In this document: positions 17,338-25,845 of the stretch, one piece after another
Layout of the letters: each line of letters begins with the position of its first letter
Position numbering within the stretch: the first letter of the stretch is position 1
NCBI GenBank assembly: GCA_041918615.1
Contig: JAYRVH010000043.1
Span: forward strand, 143,350 to 207,349
Origin: Acidimicrobiales bacterium
GTDB taxonomy: Bacteria; Actinomycetota; Acidimicrobiia; Acidimicrobiales; DATDAH01
DNA length: 64,000 nucleotides
Direction of reading: 5' to 3'
Position numbers and translations under genes: made by a program
Notes under the pieces: generated by a model
Databases searched by the model: none
The model's input: the letters and a program-made list of their open reading frames with translations, nothing else
Told to the model about the DNA's origin: nothing

Positions 17338-17949
17338 ATGCCCTCCACGACCGAGCCAGGCTCCCCCGAAGAGCGGTGCCAGGCGGCCAAGCACCCCGTC
17401 AGCATGGTCGCGGGCCCCCACGGCCAGCCGTTCCACCCGTTGCTGGCGTCCATCCCGTTCGGGGCATGGGTCATCAGCTTCGCCTTCGACCTCGCCGCCC
17501 ACTTCGCCCACGAGGAGGTCGTCTACTCGCGGGCTGCGTTCTGGCTCATCGGCATCGGCATCGTCAGCGCGATCCCAGCGGGAGTCACCGGGACCCTCGA
17601 CCTCCTCAACGTCGCCCGCAATACGCAGGCCTTCCGCACCGGGGTCACCCACATGGTGTTGAACAACATCATCCTCGTCGCGTTCGTCGTCTCGTTCCTC
17701 CTCCGGCGGGGGACTCCGAGCACCGAGGCGGCCGAACTGCCCCTCATGGCCCTCTCGGTGGCCGCGCTCGCGCTGCTCGCCGCCTCGGGCTGGCTCGGCG
17801 TGCGGCTGATTTATCGGTACGGCGTGCGCGTCGTCGACGAGGCCACGCAGGCCGAGGGGTTCCAGCTGCTGACCCCCACGGCCGACGCCGCACCGGCCGA
17901 GGCGGCACCGGCCGAGGCAGATGACACGGAGGTCGAGGCCGCTCCGTGA
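17338..17949 (+). CDS. DUF2231-type membrane protein
   Basis: HPLLASIPFGAWV and multiple TM helices, with a low-complexity acidic/Ala tail. Confidence 0.7.
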   Translation: MPSTTEPGSPEERCQAAKHPVSMVAGPHGQPFHPLLASIPFGAWVISFAFDLAAHFAHEEVVYSRAAFWLIGIGIVSAIPAGVTGTLDLLNVARNTQAFRTGVTHMVLNNIILVAFVVSFLLRRGTPSTEAAELPLMALSVAALALLAASGWLGVRLIYRYGVRVVDEATQAEGFQLLTPTADAAPAEAAPAEADDTEVEAAP

Positions 17950-18527
17950 GCACCGTCGTCATCCCCATCACCGGCGACGAAGTCGCTGACCAACTGCTTG
18001 CCGACGAGCCCCTCGCCCTGGTGCTGGGCATGCTGCTCGACCAGCAGGTACCGATGGAATGGGCGTTCCGCTCGCCCGCCCGGCTGAAGGAGCGCCTCGG
18101 CGGCACCCTCGACGCCGACGCGATCGCGGCGATGGCCCCCGAGGACCTCGAAGCGGTGTTCAAGATCACGCCGGCGCTACACCGTTTCCCCGGAGCCATG
18201 GCGCGCCGCACCCACGACCTCTGCCAGCGCCTGGTGGACACCTACGACGGTGAGGCGGCAACCGTCAGGACGGGCGCGCACGACGCCGCCGACCTGTGGG
18301 ATCGGTTGCGGGCCCTGCCCGGTTTCGGCGAGGAGAAGTCCGCCATCTTCCTCGCCCTGCTCGGCAAGCGCCTCGGGGTGGCCCCCGCGGGTTGGGAGGC
18401 CTTCGCCGGCCCGTTCGCCGACGACTCGCCCCGCTCGGTCGCCGACATCGACTCCCGCGACGCGTTCGACCGCGTCCGTGCCTGGAAGAAGGCCCAGAAG
18501 GCCCAGGGGCGGTCGAAGGCCGACTGA
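17946..18527 (+). CDS. HhH-GPD-type base-excision-repair-family protein
   Basis: 193 aa. LPGFGEEKSAIFLALLG helix-hairpin-helix region. The start overlaps the upstream stop. Confidence 0.7.
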   Translation: MSTVVIPITGDEVADQLLADEPLALVLGMLLDQQVPMEWAFRSPARLKERLGGTLDADAIAAMAPEDLEAVFKITPALHRFPGAMARRTHDLCQRLVDTYDGEAATVRTGAHDAADLWDRLRALPGFGEEKSAIFLALLGKRLGVAPAGWEAFAGPFADDSPRSVADIDSRDAFDRVRAWKKAQKAQGRSKAD

Positions 18528-18573
18528 CCGCGTCCGGCTGCAGCGCGACCGGACGGGCATCGGCGGTCGTCTC

Positions 18574-19350
18574 CTACGCGCTCGATGCGGCCGGGAGCGT
18601 GTGCTTCTGGCGATCCAACCAACCGAGGAGGACGGCCACGGCGCGGGGATCGTGACGGAGCTGGTGGCCCGCCCCGCCCACGAACCGGAGTTCCGCTGAC
18701 CCGTGGGCGTCGGCCAACAAGCGAGCGTCGAAGTCGGGGACCACCTCGTCCAGCGAGCCGTGCATCACCAGCAGCGGGCGGGGGGCCAGTTGTGCCGCGC
18801 AGTCGAGGGGGCGGATCGCCTTGAGCTGGCGAGACCAGACGTCCACGGATTCGGGCCAGTCCGGATCATCGATCACACCCACCTCACGTGCGTGCGCCAG
18901 CAGGCGGGCCGGCCGCCGGGCCCAATCGTCGAAGTCGGCGGGCGCCCCGATCGAGGCCACCCCCGCGATGCGAGGGTCGACGGCACCCGCACAGATGCCG
19001 AGTGCCCCACCGGTGCCGAACCCGGCGCACCACACCCCGTCCGCCGCCTGGTCGCGCCCGAGGTGGTCGACGGCGGCTCGCAGGTCGTCCAGCCACCCCT
19101 GGAGCGAGAACTGCCCCTCCGACGGGCGGCAGCCCCGGAGGTTGAAGGCGAGCACCACCCATCCGAGCTCGGTGGCGATCCGGTCGGCGAGCTGGGGATA
19201 GGTGTGCGCCGACTTGGGGCCGCCGCCGACGCCCGCCGGGAAGCCATGGAGCAGGGCCAGGCCCGGAAGCCCTCGGCCGTCGGACGCGTTCGGCGGCAGT
19301 GCCAGGTGCGCCGCCAGTTTGAGGTTGCCCGAGCGGAAGCGGTGCTCCAC
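18574..19350 (-). CDS. Alpha/beta hydrolase
   Basis: 258 aa. Nucleophile elbow-like GFGTGG, plus a late His (GAGHQL). Confidence 0.8.
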   Translation of the reverse strand: MEHRFRSGNLKLAAHLALPPNASDGRGLPGLALLHGFPAGVGGGPKSAHTYPQLADRIATELGWVVLAFNLRGCRPSEGQFSLQGWLDDLRAAVDHLGRDQAADGVWCAGFGTGGALGICAGAVDPRIAGVASIGAPADFDDWARRPARLLAHAREVGVIDDPDWPESVDVWSRQLKAIRPLDCAAQLAPRPLLVMHGSLDEVVPDFDARLLADAHGSAELRFVGGAGHQLRHDPRAVAVLLGWLDRQKHTLPAASSA

Positions 19351-19353
19351 CGT

Positions 19354-19551
19354 TCAGCCGAGGCGATACCCGCGGTTGCGGGCCTCGGCGAGGGTGTCCG
19401 GCCCGAAGCACAGGAAGGACTCTGCCGCCATCAGCTCCGCGATCACCTCCGGATCGGTGACCTCGTCGTCGAGGTCGTACACGATCTGGCTGCGCTTGTC
19501 CCCCAGCCACCGGTTGTGCTCGAAGCGGGTCGGTCGATCCATGGACGCCAT
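19354..19551 (-). CDS. Small hypothetical protein (65 aa)
   Basis: MASMDRPTRFEHNRWLGDKRSQIVYDLDDE... has protein-like composition. The start was chosen at an internal ATG of ORF 19354..19665. Confidence 0.5.
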   Translation of the reverse strand: MASMDRPTRFEHNRWLGDKRSQIVYDLDDEVTDPEVIAELMAAESFLCFGPDTLAEARNRGYRLG

Positions 19552-19571
19552 GGTAGATCCTCGGGCGCGAA

Positions 19572-19599
19572 CGAGGGGAGGGCCGAAGCCCTCCCCTCG
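19572..19599 (-). other. 12-bp GC-rich stem capped by a UUCG tetraloop (minus-strand RNA)
   Basis: cgaggggagggc-cgaa-gccctcccctcg on the plus strand. It lies 21 nt upstream of the ATG at 19551, within a ~250-nt intergenic gap. No U-tract follows. Confidence 0.4.
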
Positions 19600-19805
19600 C
19601 TCGTGCTGCCGGAAGTTCCGGACGGTGTGTGACCCGTCGAGGTGACGGGTGCCGGTTGGGACCAAGTCCCGGCCACCGGTGCCGGCGGTGTCTGGCGTGG
19701 ATTCGCCTGGCGGTCCAGCGAGCCGACTAGCGGCCAGCCACCTCCGAAGTCCCAGAAATCATGTGACTACTCAGTTGGACCACCTCCTTTCTTCGGTCCG
19801 ACCAG

Positions 19806-20291
19806 TCAATCACGTGGCGAGCCGTCGCGGGTGTCATTTTCGGCCTGTTCCTCGAGCGCCGAGGGATCGGGCACGGGCGTCCCGATGGCACCGATCGACT
19901 CGAGGTAGGCGTTCTCGGCCGTGAGCACCGCTGCAGCCTGCCCGCGGGTGACGTCCCACCCCACCTGGTCCGCCCGGCCCATCAGGTAGACGAGGGTCTC
20001 GTCGTCCGCCACCACGATCAGACCGGAGCCCACGGCGTACCGCACACCGTCGGTCAGGTCATTCGAGCGGAGGTAGTCGAGGTGCCACCGCAGCAGCCGT
20101 TCGACCTCGTCGAAGCTCAGTTGGGCACTGACCTCGTCGGGAACCGCCGATGCCACGAACTCGACGGCCTCGGCCATGTCGAATCGGGCCTGGGGTGGCG
20201 CCGCCGCGAGCTGGGCGGTCACCCGCCCGACCGCCACGAGGGCGATGCACACCACGGCGACGACGGCCAGGCCGACGAGGAAGGCCGTCAC
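19806..20291 (-). CDS. Hypothetical membrane-anchored protein
   Basis: The C-terminal 161 codons of ORF 19806..20981, starting at a GTG. An N-terminal TM helix (FLVGLAVVAVVCIALVAV) is followed by a soluble domain. The upstream part of the ORF is antisense to the acyl-CoA dehydrogenase gene. Confidence 0.6.
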   Translation of the reverse strand: MTAFLVGLAVVAVVCIALVAVGRVTAQLAAAPPQARFDMAEAVEFVASAVPDEVSAQLSFDEVERLLRWHLDYLRSNDLTDGVRYAVGSGLIVVADDETLVYLMGRADQVGWDVTRGQAAAVLTAENAYLESIGAIGTPVPDPSALEEQAENDTRDGSPRD

Positions 20292-20301
20292 CGGTGTCGG
20301 C

Positions 20302-21417
20302 TCAGAGGCCGATGCGTTGCGCCAGCAGCTCGCGGTGGTACGTGGGATCGCCGAACAGGAGCTCGGACGACTTGGCCCGCTTGAAGTACAGGTGGGCCGG
20401 GTGCTCCCAGGTGAACCCGATGCCGCCGTGGATCTGGATGTTCTCGGCCGCGGCGTGGAAGTAGGCGTCGGAGCAGTAGGCCTTGGCGAGGCTGGCCACC
20501 GAGGGCAGTTCGTCGTTGAGCTCGGAGGCGCACCATCCGGCGTAGTAGGCAGCCGACTTGGCCGACTCGACCTCGAGGAGCATGTCGGCGCACTTGTGCT
20601 TGATGGCCTGGAACGAGCCGATGGGCCGGCCGAACTGCACGCGGACCTTGGCGTACTCGACCGACATGTCGAGGCACATCTGCGCACCACCCACCTGCTC
20701 GGCGGCGAGGGCCACGGCCGCGAGGTCGAGCACGCGCTCGACCACGGCCCACCCGCCGCCATCAGTGCCCACCAGCGTCGCCGGCGTGCCCGAGAACTCG
20801 AGCCGGGCCTGCTTGCGGGTCTGGTCCATGGTGGCGAGCGGCGTGCGGGTGAGCCCGGTGGCATCGCCGGCCACGGAGAACAGGCTGACGCCGGCCGGCG
20901 TGCGGGCGGCCACCAGGACGAGGTCGGCAGTATGGCCGTCGAGCACGAACATCTTGGTGCCGTCGAGGACCCAGCCGTCACTCCCCGACGTGGCGCTCAT
21001 GGTGACTCCCGCTTCGTCCCACCGGCCGTTGGCCTCGGTGAAGGCCAGGGTGGCGACGGTCTCGCCCGAGGCGATGCCGGGAAGCAGGTCGGACTTGGCG
21101 GCGTCGTCACCCGAGTGGATCAGGGTGTTGGCGGCCAACACCACGGTGGAGAAGTAGGGCGCGCACAGCAGCGACCGGCCCATCTCCTCGAGCACGACGA
21201 TGAGCTCGACGTAGCTGTAGCCGGAGCCGCCGAACTCCTCGGGGATGATCAGGCCCTGAAGGCCCATCTGGTCCGCCATCTGCGACCACACCGCGGTGTC
21301 GTAGCCCTGCTCGGTGTCCATCTGCTCACGGACGGCGGCTTCACTGGACTTGGTCTCGAGGAACTGACGGACGATGCGCCGAAGTTCTTCCTGTTCCTCG
21401 CTGAAGGCGAAGTTCAC
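20302..21417 (-). CDS. Acyl-CoA dehydrogenase
   Basis: 371 aa. The C-terminal catalytic region (IHGGIGFTWEH) and overall ACAD architecture are present. Confidence 0.9.
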   Translation of the reverse strand: MNFAFSEEQEELRRIVRQFLETKSSEAAVREQMDTEQGYDTAVWSQMADQMGLQGLIIPEEFGGSGYSYVELIVVLEEMGRSLLCAPYFSTVVLAANTLIHSGDDAAKSDLLPGIASGETVATLAFTEANGRWDEAGVTMSATSGSDGWVLDGTKMFVLDGHTADLVLVAARTPAGVSLFSVAGDATGLTRTPLATMDQTRKQARLEFSGTPATLVGTDGGGWAVVERVLDLAAVALAAEQVGGAQMCLDMSVEYAKVRVQFGRPIGSFQAIKHKCADMLLEVESAKSAAYYAGWCASELNDELPSVASLAKAYCSDAYFHAAAENIQIHGGIGFTWEHPAHLYFKRAKSSELLFGDPTYHRELLAQRIGL

Positions 21418-21600
21418 GGTGGGGAGCCCCCTGTTGCGGTGTTCGGAATGGTCGAACCTGTCTACTAGACCGACCGGTCAAGAGCGAGACCGGGCAGGGC
21501 ATCACATCTGCTCCTCGTTCCTCGGAGCGGCTCCGCCGTCCGGTTCGGCGGCCTGCTGCTCCGCCCCGCTCCCCGACGTCGACGCCGTAGCCTGGGGTCC

Positions 21601-22218
21601 GTGAGTTCCCCCACTCTCCATTACGAAGACACCCAGGCCGAGATCCACAAGGTCGTGGTCGGGCCGTTCGAGAACAACGTGTTCGTGCTGCGCTGTCGGG
21701 CGACCGGCGAATCGGTCCTGATCGACGCCGCCAACGAGCACGAGAAGCTGCTCGAGCTCTGCCGGCGGCTCGACGTGCGCAAGGTGCTCGAGACCCATGG
21801 CCACTGGGACCACATCCAGGCCGTGCCCGCGGTGCGCGACGCCGGGTACGAGGTCGGGATCACCGCCGAGGACTCGACCGAGTTGGACTCCTATGACTTC
21901 GTCCTCGAGGACGACTCGGTGATCGACGTCGGCCGCCTGCGGCTGCACACCCTCTTCACGCCGGGCCACACGCCGGGGTCCATGTGCTTCCGCGTCGAGG
22001 GGTCTCCGGTCCTCTTCAGCGGCGACACGCTCTTCCCGGGCGGTCCCGGCAACACGAGCACCGATGGAGCGGACTTCGGCCAGATCATCCGCTCCATCGA
22101 CCAGCGCCTGTTCTCGCCCCTCGACGCGGAGACGCTCGTGCTCCCCGGCCACGGCGACGACACCACGATCGGGGCCGAGCGCCCCCGACTGCAGGAGTAC
22201 GTCGATCGCGGCTGGTGA
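21601..22218 (+). CDS. MBL-fold metallo-hydrolase (glyoxalase II-like)
   Basis: 205 aa. HGHWDH metal motif and TPGHTPGS. Confidence 0.85.
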   Translation: MSSPTLHYEDTQAEIHKVVVGPFENNVFVLRCRATGESVLIDAANEHEKLLELCRRLDVRKVLETHGHWDHIQAVPAVRDAGYEVGITAEDSTELDSYDFVLEDDSVIDVGRLRLHTLFTPGHTPGSMCFRVEGSPVLFSGDTLFPGGPGNTSTDGADFGQIIRSIDQRLFSPLDAETLVLPGHGDDTTIGAERPRLQEYVDRGW

Positions 22219-22285
22219 GCCGGGCGAACCGCGGGCGTGCGGCAACGTCCCTGCCCGGTTCCGGGCATGGAGAGAGGACCTGCGT

Positions 22286-22334
22286 GATCATTGAGACGAA
22301 ATACCACTATCGCTGTAGTGGTAATACAATGATC
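22286..22334. promoter_or_regulatory. Nested inverted repeat abutting the sufC2 start
   Basis: GATCATTG-N8-TACCACTA-N6-TAGTGGTA-N3-CAATGATC. Both arm pairs are perfect. The segment is AT-rich for this window and ends 2 nt before the GTG at 22337. Confidence 0.45.
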
Positions 22335-22336
22335 CG

Positions 22337-23107
22337 GTGAGTTCTCCACCACTCCCGTCGGCAGCCGCGGCACCGTTGTTCGAGATCGAGGGCCTACGGG
22401 TCGCCGCGGCGGGGGTCGAGATCCTCAAAGGTGTCGACCTGGTGGTCGGCGAGGGGCAGCTGCACGCCCTGATGGGGCCCAACGGGTCCGGCAAGTCCAC
22501 CTTGGCCAACGCGCTCCTCGGCAGCCCCGAGTACGAGGTCACGGGCGGCCGGGTGCGCTTCCGGGGCGACGACATCACCGACTGGTCGCCCGACATCCGC
22601 GGCAAGGCCGGCCTGTTCCTCGCCTTCCAGTACCCCCAGGCCATCGCCGGGGTCTCTGTGATCAACTTCCTGCGCCAGGCCCTCTCGGGCCGCAAGGGCA
22701 TCGATCTCTCGATCCTCGAGCTGCGCCTGTCGATCATGGAGTGGATGAAGAAGCTCGACATGGACCCCTCGTTCGCCGACCGCTACCTGAACGAGGGTTT
22801 CTCCGGCGGCGAGAAGAAGCGGAACGAGGTGCTCCAGATGGCCATCATGGAGCCCGACATGGCCATCCTGGACGAAACCGACTCGGGGCTCGACATCGAC
22901 GCCCTTCGAGTCGTCGCCAAGGGCGTGCAGGAGGTGCGCGCCGCTCGACCTGGCATGGGCGCGCTGGTGATCACCCACTACCAGCGACTGCTCGACGAGT
23001 TGCAGCCCGACCGTGTGCACCTGCTGATCGACGGCCGCATCGTCGAGAGCGGCGGGCCCGAGCTCGCCCAGCGCATCGAGTCCGAGGGCTTCGAATCATG
23101 GCAGTGA
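22337..23107 (+). CDS. sufC: Fe-S cluster assembly ATPase SufC (copy 2, canonical-looking)
   Basis: GPNGSGKST, FSGGEKKRNE, LDETDSGLD and ITHY motifs. The true start is possibly a few codons downstream. Confidence 0.9.
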   Translation: MSSPPLPSAAAAPLFEIEGLRVAAAGVEILKGVDLVVGEGQLHALMGPNGSGKSTLANALLGSPEYEVTGGRVRFRGDDITDWSPDIRGKAGLFLAFQYPQAIAGVSVINFLRQALSGRKGIDLSILELRLSIMEWMKKLDMDPSFADRYLNEGFSGGEKKRNEVLQMAIMEPDMAILDETDSGLDIDALRVVAKGVQEVRAARPGMGALVITHYQRLLDELQPDRVHLLIDGRIVESGGPELAQRIESEGFESWQ

Positions 23108-24351
23108 GCCCCGTGGGCCACGCCCTCGACACCGCCGCCGTCCAGGCCGACTACCCCATCCTCTCCGAGACGGTCCACGGCAAGCGCCTCGTCTACCTCG
23201 ACTCGGCGTCGTCCTCGCAGAAGCCCCGCGTCGTGTTGGACGCCATGGACCACTACTACGAGACGACCAACGCCAACGTCCACCGCGGCGTCTACCAGAT
23301 CGCCCAGCAGGCCACCGCCCTCATGGAGGGCTCCCGCGCCAAGGTGGCCCGGTTCATCGGGGCCGATTCGAGTGACGAGATCATCTTCACCAAGAACTTC
23401 ACCGAGGGGTTCAACCTGCTCGCCCGGTCCTGGGGAGGCGCCAACCTCGGCCCCGGCGACGCGGTGGTGCTCTCACACATGGAGCACCACTCCAACATCG
23501 TGCCGTGGCAGATCATGGCCGCCGAGAAGGGCTTCGAGATCCGCTGGCTCCCCGTCGACGCCGACGGCCAGCTCGACCTCGGTGACCTCGATCGCATGCT
23601 CGACGGCGCCAAGCTGCTCAGCGTCACCGCCATGTCCAACGTGCTCGGCACGATCAACCCCATCCGCCACCTGGCCGACGCGGCGCACGCCGCCGGTGCC
23701 CTCGTGGCGGTCGACGCCTGCCAGTACGTCCCGCACCTCCCCACCGCGGTCAGCGACTTCGATGCCGACTTCCTGGCCTTCTCCAGCCACAAGATGTGCG
23801 GCCCCACCGGCATCGGCGTGCTGTGGGGCCGGTCCGCGCTGCTCGACGCCATGCCACCGTTCCTGGGCGGGGGCGAGATGATCCGCGACGTTCGCCTCGA
23901 CGGGTTCACCGCCACCGAGCTGCCGTGGAAGTTCGAGGCCGGCACCCCGCCGATCGCCGAGTCCGTCGGCCTCGGGGCCGCCATCGACTACCTGGAAGGG
24001 CTCGGTATGCCCGCCGTGCGCGAGCACGAGGTCAGCCTCACGGGCTACGCCCTCCGCACCCTCCACCAGCGCTTCGGCGACAAGATCACCATCCATGGAC
24101 CGTCCGAGCCGGCGGCGCGGGGCGGCGTGCTCTCGTTCACCCTCGCTGACATCCACCCCCACGACATCTCGCAGGTGCTCGACCAGGAAGGCGTCTGTGT
24201 GCGGGCGGGCCACCACTGCGCCAAGCCCCTGATGCGGGTCCTCGGGGTGGGCGCCACCGCACGCGCCTCCCTGTACGTTTACAACGACGAGCGCGACGTC
24301 GACGCTCTGGCCGACGCTCTCGACGCCACGTTGGCGTTCTTCACGCTCTAA
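23098..24351 (+). CDS. sufS: Cysteine desulfurase SufS
   Basis: 417 aa starting MAVSPVGH. YLDSASSSQKP, SSHKMCGPTG (PLP lysine) and RAGHHCA (catalytic Cys) motifs. Overlaps the sufC stop. Confidence 0.9.
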   Translation: MAVSPVGHALDTAAVQADYPILSETVHGKRLVYLDSASSSQKPRVVLDAMDHYYETTNANVHRGVYQIAQQATALMEGSRAKVARFIGADSSDEIIFTKNFTEGFNLLARSWGGANLGPGDAVVLSHMEHHSNIVPWQIMAAEKGFEIRWLPVDADGQLDLGDLDRMLDGAKLLSVTAMSNVLGTINPIRHLADAAHAAGALVAVDACQYVPHLPTAVSDFDADFLAFSSHKMCGPTGIGVLWGRSALLDAMPPFLGGGEMIRDVRLDGFTATELPWKFEAGTPPIAESVGLGAAIDYLEGLGMPAVREHEVSLTGYALRTLHQRFGDKITIHGPSEPAARGGVLSFTLADIHPHDISQVLDQEGVCVRAGHHCAKPLMRVLGVGATARASLYVYNDERDVDALADALDATLAFFTL

Positions 24352-24365
24352 GGAGGGCGGCACCC

Positions 24366-24848
24366 ATGCCCGGTCTCGAAGACCTGTACCGAGAGATCAT
24401 CCTCGACCACTACCGCAACCCCCGCAACCGGGGCGAGCTCGCCACGCCGCCGGCCCACCGGGTCGAGGGGTTCAATCCCCTGTGTGGCGACGAGATCGTG
24501 GTCTACCTCCAGCTCGACGACGAGGGCCGGGTCGCCGACCTCAAGATCGGCGGGCAGGGCTGCTCGATCAGCCAGTCCTCCGCCTCCATGATGTCGGCCG
24601 CCGTGAAGGGCAGGACCACCGAAGAGATCCAGGCCATCACGCGTGCCTTCAAGGCCATGATGTCGATCCACGAACAAGAGCTCGAAGGCGACGAAGCGGT
24701 CACCGACGACGAGCCCGCCGACGAGATCAATCTCGGCGATCTCGAGGCGCTCCGTGGCGTCGTGAAGTTCCCCGTCCGCATCAAGTGCGCCACCCTGTCC
24801 TGGAACACCCTGGCCCAGGGCATCGAGGAAGCGGTGGGCGAGGGCTGA
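24366..24848 (+). CDS. sufU: SufU/IscU-like Fe-S scaffold or sulfur-transfer protein
   Basis: LYREIILDHYRNPRN, NPLCGD and GQGCSIS motifs. Confidence 0.9.
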   Translation: MPGLEDLYREIILDHYRNPRNRGELATPPAHRVEGFNPLCGDEIVVYLQLDDEGRVADLKIGGQGCSISQSSASMMSAAVKGRTTEEIQAITRAFKAMMSIHEQELEGDEAVTDDEPADEINLGDLEALRGVVKFPVRIKCATLSWNTLAQGIEEAVGEG

Positions 24849-24860
24849 TCGCGCCGTTGA

Positions 24861-25601
24861 TCAGCTCCCCGAGGCGTCCCGCCCCGCCGGTGCAGCCGGG
24901 GGTGGCTTGCGGGGGACGAGCACACCGCGGAGGAGGTTCCACAGATACTGGTGGGCGACGTGCATCACGCTGATCTTCGACTCACCTCCCTGGCGGCGCG
25001 ACTCGTGGGTCGGCACCTCGGCGACGCGAAAGCCGTACTGCAGGCACTTCATCGCCATCTCCTGCTCGATGGTCGTGATGTTGCTCGTCGTGCCGATGCG
25101 GCGGCCCACGTCCGTGCGGATCGCCCGGAAGCCGTTCTGGTAGTCGGTGAACCTCATGCCGAAGCGGTAGTTGATGGTCAGGCTGATCACCAGGCTGCCG
25201 ATGAGGCGCAACACCTCGTACAACGAGCCGAAGAGCTCCTCGCTGCCGCCCAACATGCGGGAGCCCATGACGAGGTCCGCCTCGCCGGCGGCGATCGGCG
25301 CCACGAGCCGCACGACGTCTTCGATGTCGTGTGAACCGTCAGCATCGGCGAAGACGGTGATCGGGTGCCTGACGTTGTCCAGGCCGACACGGATGGCGTC
25401 GCCCTTGCCGAGACCGTTGTCCGTGACGACCCGCGCCCCGTGGCGGAGCGCCAGCTCGACGGTGCGGTCCGTCGACCGACCGTCGACCACCACGAGGTCG
25501 TCGGTCAGCTGCCGGGTTGCGAGGAGCACCGGCTCGATCGTGGCCTCCTCGTTCAGCGCGGGGATGACGATGCTGAACGATGTGGAGGTTCCGAGCTCCA
25601 T
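24861..25601 (-). CDS. Family 2 glycosyltransferase (polyprenol-phosphate sugar transferase-like)
   Basis: FSIVIPALNEE, VVDGRSTD and ADADGSH (DxD) motifs. The start was taken at an internal ATG of ORF 24861..25733. Confidence 0.85.
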   Translation of the reverse strand: MELGTSTSFSIVIPALNEEATIEPVLLATRQLTDDLVVVDGRSTDRTVELALRHGARVVTDNGLGKGDAIRVGLDNVRHPITVFADADGSHDIEDVVRLVAPIAAGEADLVMGSRMLGGSEELFGSLYEVLRLIGSLVISLTINYRFGMRFTDYQNGFRAIRTDVGRRIGTTSNITTIEQEMAMKCLQYGFRVAEVPTHESRRQGGESKISVMHVAHQYLWNLLRGVLVPRKPPPAAPAGRDASGS

Positions 25602-25845
25602 TGGGTCGTGCTCCTTTCGGTCAGGCCCGCGCCACCGGGCGATGGGCCATCGCGGCCTCCGCCCGGCGGTGGAGCGTGACGCGGTCGTCCCGGGGTCGGC
25701 CAACCGCGTCGTCCCTGCCTCGGACACGGGCACGGCACCGTATCAGCCGCGCCCGACACGACGGCGCCCCATCCGCGCCTGCCGTGCGGGCCTGCGGGAG
25801 ACGACCCGGGAGGCCGCCGGCGTTCAGGTACGGTCGTAGGCTCCG

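Noticed and set aside
24861-25733. The N-terminal 44 codons of the GT2 ORF, and similar 5' extensions in many track ORFs (for example 31993..33843, 59295..60947, 61707..63488).
   Set aside because: The extensions are Arg/Pro-rich, lack homology-type features and often overlap neighbouring genes. Internal starts that match the conserved N-termini were preferred.
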